Positions 45,350 to 51,480 of a stretch of 51,480 nt of DNA are shown one piece after another. Position numbers and translations under genes: made by a program. The stretch's first letter is position 1. Each line of letters opens with the position of its first letter. This stretch comes from a virus, in the IMG/VR virus record IMGVR_UViG_3300033232_000010, positions 1-51,480 of that record. One strand, given 5' to 3'. The notes under the pieces are model-generated. The model searched no databases. It had not been told where the DNA came from and worked only from the letters and a program-made list of their open reading frames with translations.

Positions 45350-45999
45350 CACCGAATGACGTTATCACCGACGCCCGACGGCTGGCCCAAGACAATGGGT
45401 TGCTACGCGCGCCAGATACATACACTGCAGCAGCGCTGCTAGGGTTTGTGAATCAAGTGCTGAGGCAAACGGCAGTCCTGCGTCCTGATCTGTTCACGGT
45501 GATGGCTGACATTCCGACGACTCCCAATGTCGTGGAGCAGCGGCTCCCGGCTGATTCCATTCGGCTGGTCAACATACTGGCTGCCAAGGATGGGGGCGCG
45601 ATTACTGAAGTGTCCCGCGAAATGATGGATCAGTCGTACCCCCAGTGGCGGCTTGATTCTGCCGGTACGCCGGTCAATTACATGCGGCACGTTCGTAATC
45701 CGAACCAGTACTTCCTATACCCCAAGCCCATCGCGGGGGTAGTTCTTACTGGTGAATACGCCCAGTCGCCACCGACCTATACGATAGACCAGCAGATTGC
45801 GCTGTTGCCTGATGCGTTCCAGCCAGTCATTACGGCAGGCGTTGTGATGTTGATTTCTGGAGTAGAAAATAGCAACCAGAGTGTTCAGCGGTTCTCGCAG
45901 TTTCAAGAGATGTATGCGCAAACACTCGGGGCCAATTTGCAGACTAGGGCTACCACGGATACAAAATCTAGCGGGCTCGATCCGAAGCAGGTGATCTAA
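45346..45999 (+). CDS. Virion (adaptor-like) protein, paralogue 2.
   Basis: 217 aa, homologous to 44690..45349. ATGA overlap. Confidence 0.65.
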   Translation: MTPNDVITDARRLAQDNGLLRAPDTYTAAALLGFVNQVLRQTAVLRPDLFTVMADIPTTPNVVEQRLPADSIRLVNILAAKDGGAITEVSREMMDQSYPQWRLDSAGTPVNYMRHVRNPNQYFLYPKPIAGVVLTGEYAQSPPTYTIDQQIALLPDAFQPVITAGVVMLISGVENSNQSVQRFSQFQEMYAQTLGANLQTRATTDTKSSGLDPKQVI

Positions 46000-46769
46000 T
46001 GTCTGAACGCACATTTGCCTCCCTTGTTTCACGCGTCGCAGCGAGTGTCCCCGGATGCCCGCAGCCGGTAATCGTTAGCTACATCCGGGACTCCGCGATC
46101 CGTACGTGCGAGCGGACGCTGGTGTGGCGGTATCAGATACCCCTATTCCAGCTGCAACCGGGGGTATATGAGTACTTTTTCACTAAACCTGAACAGACGG
46201 ATGTTCACGCTGTGTTTTCCAGCGTGGTTAACGGCGCACCCTTGGAGACACTCACATTGGATCAAGCTATTTGCGTGTATCCGAAGTGGGCTGACCTCTA
46301 CAGCGGGCTGAATGCAGAGCAGTTGTGGGCTGAGGCAGAGGCCCCCAGCACGTACAATGAAGCCCAATACAACGAAGCCCAGTACAATAACACTGCTGAG
46401 TTCGTGCTACCTGCCGCGGCGACAGCTGACGGCGGCACCCCACAAAGTATCACGCAGATAAGCCCAGACAAGTTCATTGTGTTGCCCATGCCGGACGCTG
46501 CAAAGACGTACCAGATGCGGATGTTTGTCGCGCTCAAGCCCAAAAAAACCGCGACTGGCATGGATGAGGTTATCTTAGATGATCTTGAAGAAGTTATCAT
46601 GCATGGGGCGCTGCAACATCTTCTGGTGTTACCGAACCAAGCGTGGTCAGACCGTGAACTTGCTGCCTACCACGCCAAGCAGTACGTATTCCAGACCGCT
46701 GAGCGCCGCGCAAGAGCCAACCTTGGGAACGCCCGCGGAACGTTGCGAGCGCGGTTCCCACCGTTTTAA
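45999..46769 (+). CDS. Hypothetical structural protein.
   Basis: 256-aa ORF. Its ATG overlaps the previous stop (taATG). Confidence 0.6.
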   Translation: MSERTFASLVSRVAASVPGCPQPVIVSYIRDSAIRTCERTLVWRYQIPLFQLQPGVYEYFFTKPEQTDVHAVFSSVVNGAPLETLTLDQAICVYPKWADLYSGLNAEQLWAEAEAPSTYNEAQYNEAQYNNTAEFVLPAAATADGGTPQSITQISPDKFIVLPMPDAAKTYQMRMFVALKPKKTATGMDEVILDDLEEVIMHGALQHLLVLPNQAWSDRELAAYHAKQYVFQTAERRARANLGNARGTLRARFPPF

Positions 46770-46779
46770 GGAGTAAATC

Positions 46780-47916
46780 GTGTTCATCCGTCTAAAGAAC
46801 AACGCCTCGGGGTTTCTCGCCAATGCCGTATCGTCGACTGACACGCTGCTCGTCTTGCAGGCTGGCGGGGGGGAGGAATTCCCCGCAATTCGCGGTACGC
46901 AGTTTTTCTATGTGACGATTGCCAGCCCAGTTGGCGCAATTGAAGTCGTTAAGGTGACTGGCCGGTCTGGGGACTCCTTGACTGTGCATCGGGCGCAGGA
47001 AGAAACCAGCGCGATGTCCTTCCCTGCGCTGTCACGGGTTGAGATGCGCATCAGTGCTCAGTCTATCTACGATGTTATTGACTCTGCGATCAGCGGTACT
47101 AGCCTTGCAATTTCTAACATTGGCAGTGTAATCACCGTCGCAGCTAATATTGGTAGCGTCAATACAGTTTCCGACAACTCTGGCGATGTGAGTAATGTGT
47201 CCGCTAATATGGCGAAGATATGGGATGTCTCGCACGACATCGACAACGTTAATACGGCTGCCACCGGTATCATTGATATAAATACGGTTGCCACCAACGT
47301 TGCTGCTGTCAACACGGTAGCGGGCAACATCCAGCCCATATTAGCTAATATCGAAGTAATTACTGCGGTGGGCGCAAACATTGCTAACGTGACCACCGTT
47401 GCGACCATATCTGCTAACGTGAACACGGTTGCAGGCGCCAATGCTGCTGTGACTGCCGTTGCCGGGGTTGCCTCAGAAGTGGTTACGGTGGCTAACGCCG
47501 CCGCTAACATGGCTACCGTTGCCAACGCTGTTACAGAGGTGATTACCGTGGCGGGGGTTGCCCCGGCGGTAGCTACGGTTGCAGGCGTTTCCGCCGACGT
47601 GACGACCGTGGCGGGGGTTGCCCCGGCGGTAACTACGGTTGCAGGCGTCTCCGCCAACGTGACGACCGTGGCGGATATTTCCGCTGCAGTAAGCACGGCG
47701 GCGGCGAACATCGTCGCCATTCAGGACGCGCCCGCGCGCGCCAGTCAGGCCGCTAGCAGCGCGGTGGCTGCCAACCAGTCCGCTGTAAACGCAGCGGCAT
47801 CCGCGGCCTCGGCGTGGAACACCGTGGCCATAGTTGAAGAAGCCAGTGCCAGCATTTCAGCCTTCAACGCCGCCCGGGTAACGGCGGATTCCGACTTCGG
47901 TCTCAACTTTTTTTAA
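46780..47916 (+). CDS. Tail fibre protein with a long heptad-like repeat shaft.
   Basis: GTG start 7 nt after 'aaggag'. The N-terminus 'FLANAVSSTDTLLVLQAGGGEEFP...VKVTGRSGDSLTVHRAQEETSA' resembles phage fibre anchor domains. It is followed by about 30 repeats of the 'xxNVxTVA' type. Confidence 0.7.
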   Translation: MFIRLKNNASGFLANAVSSTDTLLVLQAGGGEEFPAIRGTQFFYVTIASPVGAIEVVKVTGRSGDSLTVHRAQEETSAMSFPALSRVEMRISAQSIYDVIDSAISGTSLAISNIGSVITVAANIGSVNTVSDNSGDVSNVSANMAKIWDVSHDIDNVNTAATGIIDINTVATNVAAVNTVAGNIQPILANIEVITAVGANIANVTTVATISANVNTVAGANAAVTAVAGVASEVVTVANAAANMATVANAVTEVITVAGVAPAVATVAGVSADVTTVAGVAPAVTTVAGVSANVTTVADISAAVSTAAANIVAIQDAPARASQAASSAVAANQSAVNAAASAASAWNTVAIVEEASASISAFNAARVTADSDFGLNFF

Positions 47917-47931
47917 CAAAGGAACCTTACC

Positions 47932-49200
47932 ATGTCATCAACTGCACAAAGCACACTGGTAGCGCGTATTGCCACCGTATCGGCCACCGAGACCGACTTG
48001 CAAAAACTCGCCTATGCCGCCAAAGGTCTGGCGGCGCTGGAGCCCACGGGCTCAACTGACACGACCCAGTATTACGGTGTGAGTTGGGATGAGTTTGCTG
48101 ACACCTACGTGGCCACTGGCTCTGCCACGGCGCACATTGCACTGCCCGTCCAGTCTCGGATGCGCCGTTGTTTGCTCAATGACGCTGGCGAAGTGGTCAG
48201 CTATCTGCACCCGCAAAACAGCCTGTATCTGGACAGCGGCAACATTGCCGACCTCACGGGTGTGGCCGGACAAGTCATGGTGGAGGTGCCGAAATTCTGG
48301 CAGCGTTACAGCTATGTCGGCACGCGCCACACTTGGGAGATTGCCGAACAACCCTTGGCAGGCTTCAGCGTACACCCTGCTTTTGTCAAGGATGGGGTCG
48401 AGGTGCCTTACCGCTACACCAGCGCCTATGAAGCCAGCCTGAGCACGACCAAGATCGCCTCGGTTTCTGGCGTGCTGCCGCAAACTGCCCGCACGCGTGC
48501 CCAGTTCCGCGCGGCTGCTGTGGCGCGTGGCGCGGGTTGGCGGCAGTATGACTACTTTATGCACAGCGCATTGCAACTGCTGGCGCTGGTGGAGTTTGGC
48601 AGCTTCAACATCAAGGGCGCGATTGGTGCTGGCCGGGTGAATCTGTCAGGTGGCAGTTGGGTCGAGGGCAGCTACTTGGCGCTGACTGGCTTGTCCAACA
48701 GCTTTGGCAACGGCAGTGGCAGCGTGGCACTGGGCGGCACCGCAGGCTACCTGACCGACGTGATGAGCTACCGTGGGGTTGAAAACTTCTGGGGCCACGT
48801 CTGGAAGTTTGTTGACGGCATGACGGTTGACGCTACAGCCAACGACACCACCACGGCCATTCCGATCTGGGTGACCAACGACAGCACTTATTTTGCCGAC
48901 ACCGGCAGCGCGGGTATGACCAAGCTCTGGGACATGACCAACTTTGGCGCGACCAATGAGGGCTACACCGCTACGCTGCATGAAAACATTGTCGGGTTCA
49001 TGCCAGATGCACTAGGAGGCACCAGCACCACCAAGGCGCATCAGTACACTTGGCAGTACTCGGCCAATAACCAAGGGTGGCGTACCCCCTATGTTGGCAC
49101 GCATGCGAATTATGGCGCGGGTGCGGGGCCGCTCGCGCTCTCTTTGTATGATGCGTCGGGCTTTTCGAGTGTGGCTGTCGGCGCGCGCGCGGGGTTCTGA
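47932..49200 (+). CDS. DGR target protein (Mtd-like receptor-binding protein; the C-terminal variable region is presumably C-type-lectin-fold).
   Basis: 422 aa, immediately after the tail fibre gene. The last 39 codons are the VR. Confidence 0.85.
   Translation: MSSTAQSTLVARIATVSATETDLQKLAYAAKGLAALEPTGSTDTTQYYGVSWDEFADTYVATGSATAHIALPVQSRMRRCLLNDAGEVVSYLHPQNSLYLDSGNIADLTGVAGQVMVEVPKFWQRYSYVGTRHTWEIAEQPLAGFSVHPAFVKDGVEVPYRYTSAYEASLSTTKIASVSGVLPQTARTRAQFRAAAVARGAGWRQYDYFMHSALQLLALVEFGSFNIKGAIGAGRVNLSGGSWVEGSYLALTGLSNSFGNGSGSVALGGTAGYLTDVMSYRGVENFWGHVWKFVDGMTVDATANDTTTAIPIWVTNDSTYFADTGSAGMTKLWDMTNFGATNEGYTATLHENIVGFMPDALGGTSTTKAHQYTWQYSANNQGWRTPYVGTHANYGAGAGPLALSLYDASGFSSVAVGARAGF
49079..49195 (+). 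repeat. DGR variable repeat (VR).
   Basis: Aligns with 49268-49384 at an offset of 189. All 21 core mismatches fall at TR adenines. It ends in a G/C-only tract, 'cggcgcgcgcgcgggg'. Confidence 0.9.
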
Positions 49201-49267
49201 AATTTTTGGATGCTGAAAATGGGAACCTTGTCCGCTAACCCGAGGAGCCAGCTTTTGGGCCTTTCGC

Positions 49268-49384
49268 AACGTACCCCCTATGTTGGCACGAATGCGAATA
49301 ATGGCACGAATGCAGGGCCACTCACGCTCAATTTGAATAATGCGTCAGGCATTTCGAATGTGAATATCGGCACGCGCACGGAGT
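49268..49384 (+). repeat. DGR template repeat (TR).
   Basis: Intergenic copy of the VR. In the VR reading register it has 9 AAT codons. It lies 115 nt upstream of the RT start. Confidence 0.9.
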
Positions 49385-49499
49385 CTGTCCTTTACTTGAA
49401 TCCAGGACAGGGTTTCCACGCCCCTTGGCGAAATATAGAACGGCCCTTTGGTGCTGGTAGGCGTCACCGCCGAACGCTCCGGGCCGGGACAGGAACCGT

Positions 49500-50549
49500 A
49501 TGAAACGCTACGGTAACCTTTACGCCAAGGTATGCACGCTGGAGAACATCCGGCTGGCGCACAAAAACGCCCGCAAGGGCAAGCTGAAATACGCCGAGGT
49601 CAAGTGGGTCGACGCCCACTTGGACGAGTGCGTTGCGCAGATTCAAAAAATGCTGGTTGAAAAAACTTACACCACTTCACCTTATCGGGTGTTTGACAAG
49701 GTTGACAACGGCAAGCGGCGCGTGATCTACGCGTTGCCCTATTTCCCCGACCGCATCATTCATCACTGCATCATGCAGGTGGTCGAAGACATCTGGATGC
49801 GTACCTTCATCAGGGACACCTACGCCAGCATGAAAAACCGGGGCGTGCATGATGGCGTGCGCCGGGTGCAGTCGGCCATGCGTAACGACCCGGCGGGTAC
49901 GCGCTACTGCCTTAAGATGGACGTGACCCAGTTCTACCCGTCTATCAGCCACCCATTGCTGAAGCAAACCATTCGCCTGAAAATCAAAGACCCCGACCTG
50001 CTGGCGCTGATGGATGGCATCATCGATTCGGTACCGTCCGGCGTGCCCATTGGCAATTACCTGAGCCAGTTTCTTGGTAACCTGTTCCTGTCAGGCATTG
50101 ACCACTGGGGCAAAGAGGTGCTGGGCCTGAAGTACTACTTTCGGTATTGCGATGACATCGTGGTGCTGCTCGACGACCCTACCCGGTTGCACCAGTTGCG
50201 CAGCCTGTTTGACACCGAGCTTGCCGCTATCGACCTGTCGCTGAAGGGCAACTGGCAAGTGTTCCCGGTCGCCGCGCGCGGTGTCGATTTTTTAGGCTAC
50301 CGGTTTTTCGGCACGCACACGCTTGTGCGGCGCCGCATCGCAGACAAATTCCGCCGCCAAATGCGCCAGCACCGCAAGGCGTGGCACCGTAAAGCCCCGG
50401 CAGCGGTGCTGTCATCCATCATGAGCTACCACGGATGGATGCGCTTCGCGCAGGCTAAAAGCCTGTTTAGCCACCATGTTTCCAAACCCTTGCGCCAGCG
50501 AGTGATAACCCGCACTGGGCGCTATACCCTTGAAGGAGCTTTCCAATGA
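49500..50549 (+). CDS. DGR-type reverse transcriptase.
   Basis: 349 aa. 'FPDRIIHH', 'LKMDVTQFYPSI', 'GVPIGNYLSQFLGNLFL' (the SQ motif typical of DGR RTs) and 'YFRYCDDIVVL' (YxDD). Confidence 0.9.
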   Translation: MKRYGNLYAKVCTLENIRLAHKNARKGKLKYAEVKWVDAHLDECVAQIQKMLVEKTYTTSPYRVFDKVDNGKRRVIYALPYFPDRIIHHCIMQVVEDIWMRTFIRDTYASMKNRGVHDGVRRVQSAMRNDPAGTRYCLKMDVTQFYPSISHPLLKQTIRLKIKDPDLLALMDGIIDSVPSGVPIGNYLSQFLGNLFLSGIDHWGKEVLGLKYYFRYCDDIVVLLDDPTRLHQLRSLFDTELAAIDLSLKGNWQVFPVAARGVDFLGYRFFGTHTLVRRRIADKFRRQMRQHRKAWHRKAPAAVLSSIMSYHGWMRFAQAKSLFSHHVSKPLRQRVITRTGRYTLEGAFQ

Positions 50550-50881
50550 AAATGCACTCTACCCACCTACCCCCGGCCCTGCACACCAGCAACGGTGTCT
50601 GGTTTTTCAATGTGAACCCTGTACTGATCCCCGGCGCACCGGCCACCGAGACCACCGAGGCTACCCAAGACAGCTATGAGTGCGACAGCATGGCTTTGAC
50701 CGGCGAACCCGCGCGTGCTGCGCTCATCTCCGCGGGTATCGCTGCGCGCTACAGCAAAGACGACGAGATTGCGTTGCTCAACAACAAGCTGCTGGGTGAT
50801 GATGCAGCTTACGCGGCTTACGCGGCTTACCGTGATGACGTCAAGGCGCAAGTCGCTGCGGCTGGCTATCCGGCGGTGTAA
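50546..50881 (+). CDS. Hypothetical acidic protein translationally coupled to the RT.
   Basis: 111 aa. ATGA overlap with the RT stop. Confidence 0.55.
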   Translation: MKMHSTHLPPALHTSNGVWFFNVNPVLIPGAPATETTEATQDSYECDSMALTGEPARAALISAGIAARYSKDDEIALLNNKLLGDDAAYAAYAAYRDDVKAQVAAAGYPAV

Positions 50882-50898
50882 CGGTTACTGGGGTTGCC

Positions 50899-51048
50899 AT
50901 GCTTGACACGCTTATTTGGCTCGACGTCACCCTGTGGCGCTGGGCCACGCTTGGCCGCTATCCGGTAGGCGAGACGGCATCAGCGGCGGCTTGGCGCATG
51001 CAGCTGGCAGGGCGCAGACGTGGCCGGGTGGCAGGTGCATATTTATGA
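50899..51048 (+). CDS. Possible small protein (49 aa; below the ORF-track cutoff).
   Basis: My own translation is MLDTLIWLDVTLWRWATLGRYPVGETASAAAWRMQLAGRRRGRVAGAYL. The SD is weak. Confidence 0.3.
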   Translation: MLDTLIWLDVTLWRWATLGRYPVGETASAAAWRMQLAGRRRGRVAGAYL

Positions 51049-51057
51049 AAGATAAAA

Positions 51058-51480
51058 ATGACGAATGACCACACCGAACGCCGCGCATGGCCGCGCCCTG
51101 TAGCACCGCATGACGACGCCCACCCATGTACCAACGGCTGCGACGATCTGAACGATGTGTCTGCCGCCATTGAGGCCACCCGCGTGGAGTTGCAGAGTTT
51201 TGAGCACCGGCTCGACGAGGGGCATGTCCAACTAAATCGCTTTGAGCACCGGCTCGACGAGGGGGACGCACGCATGGGCCGCATCGAGACAATGATCAAC
51301 GCCAACAACCGTTCAATGACCCAAAACTCTGCGGACACGGCAGAGATATTGGGGATCATGAACGACACCAAAACAGCGTTCAAAATGATCGGGCATTTGG
51401 GTATGGCGATTAAATGGGTGGCCGGTATTGCGGTGGCGATTGGCTCGGTGTGGCTGATCTTCAGGGATTTGCACAAATGA
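51058..51480 (+). CDS. Lysis-cassette protein with a C-terminal TM anchor.
   Basis: 140 aa. Contains a tandem 14-aa repeat with 'FEHRLDEG' and the C-terminal TM segment 'IKWVAGIAVAIGSVWLIF'. Its stop overlaps the holin ATG once the genome is circularised. Confidence 0.6.
   Translation: MTNDHTERRAWPRPVAPHDDAHPCTNGCDDLNDVSAAIEATRVELQSFEHRLDEGHVQLNRFEHRLDEGDARMGRIETMINANNRSMTQNSADTAEILGIMNDTKTAFKMIGHLGMAIKWVAGIAVAIGSVWLIFRDLHK
51354..51480. repeat. Terminal direct repeat, copy B (identical to 1-127).
   Basis: Same 127-nt string as the window start. Confidence 0.97.

Larger units (their letters stand above)
47932..50549 (+). mobile_element. Diversity-generating retroelement cassette (target gene - VR - TR - RT).
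   Basis: See the VR, TR and RT features below. Confidence 0.9.

Noticed and set aside
49210-49503. 97-aa ORF between the DGR target gene and the RT. I considered it as the missing Avd or accessory gene.
   Set aside because: Its central part is just the TR read in the VR register (Asn-rich 'TNANNGTNAGPLTLNLNNASGISNVNIG'). It shows no helical, basic Avd-like character.
50546-50881. 111-aa ORF considered as a canonical Avd.
   Set aside because: It is acidic and Ala-rich rather than basic, with no evident four-helix-bundle pattern. It is retained only as an unknown RT-coupled gene.
1-51480. Search for integrase, excisionase, CI-type repressor, tRNA, rRNA, and partition (ParA/ParB) genes.
   Set aside because: No ORF showed tyrosine or serine recombinase, ParA Walker-type or CI-like motifs by eye, and no cloverleaf-like intergenic sequence was seen. 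The absence is provisional without HMM and tRNA scans.

Overview
The window is a complete, circularly closed phage genome. Bases 1-127 are identical to 51354-51480, so the unit length is about 51,353 bp. It looks like a GC-rich, podovirus-like dsDNA phage.

Plus-strand arm (about 35.3 kb to the end, wrapping to 17.2 kb):
- putative small terminase and large terminase
- portal, scaffold and major capsid
- fibre and adaptor genes, then the tail fibre
- a diversity-generating retroelement (DGR): an Mtd-like target gene with a variable repeat (VR), a template repeat (TR) and a reverse transcriptase
- a lysis cassette that spans the circular junction: a TM protein, a 3-TM holin and an M15 endolysin, interrupted by an opposite-strand HNH gene
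- an 809-aa nozzle-like tail protein
- a run of internal-virion/ejection proteins, including an SLT transglycosylase protein and a 2615-aa giant protein

Minus-strand arm (about 34.9 kb down to 17.2 kb):
- an RHH regulator and many small ORFs
- a MoxR-AAA / VWA-metallopeptidase module
- a DUF3310-like protein and a family-A DNA polymerase
- Cas4-like and VRR-NUC nucleases and an SNF2 helicase
- an SSB-like protein and a primase-polymerase/SF3 helicase

Between the arms lies a control region of about 1.7 kb. It holds 21-bp iterons, an AT-rich ori-like stretch, several repeated motif families and a small minus-strand cassette.

Most notable observations:
1. The TerL Walker A motif is split by a 288-aa intein. 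Its only recognisable homing endonuclease (HTH plus HNH, with its own Shine-Dalgarno (SD) site) is encoded on the opposite strand inside the intein.
2. A textbook adenine-specific TR/VR pair defines a compact DGR. No recognisable Avd gene is present, and the phage has no visible integrase.

I recognised no tRNA, rRNA, CRISPR array or integrase. All functional calls rest on motifs read by eye and on gene order. No database search was run.
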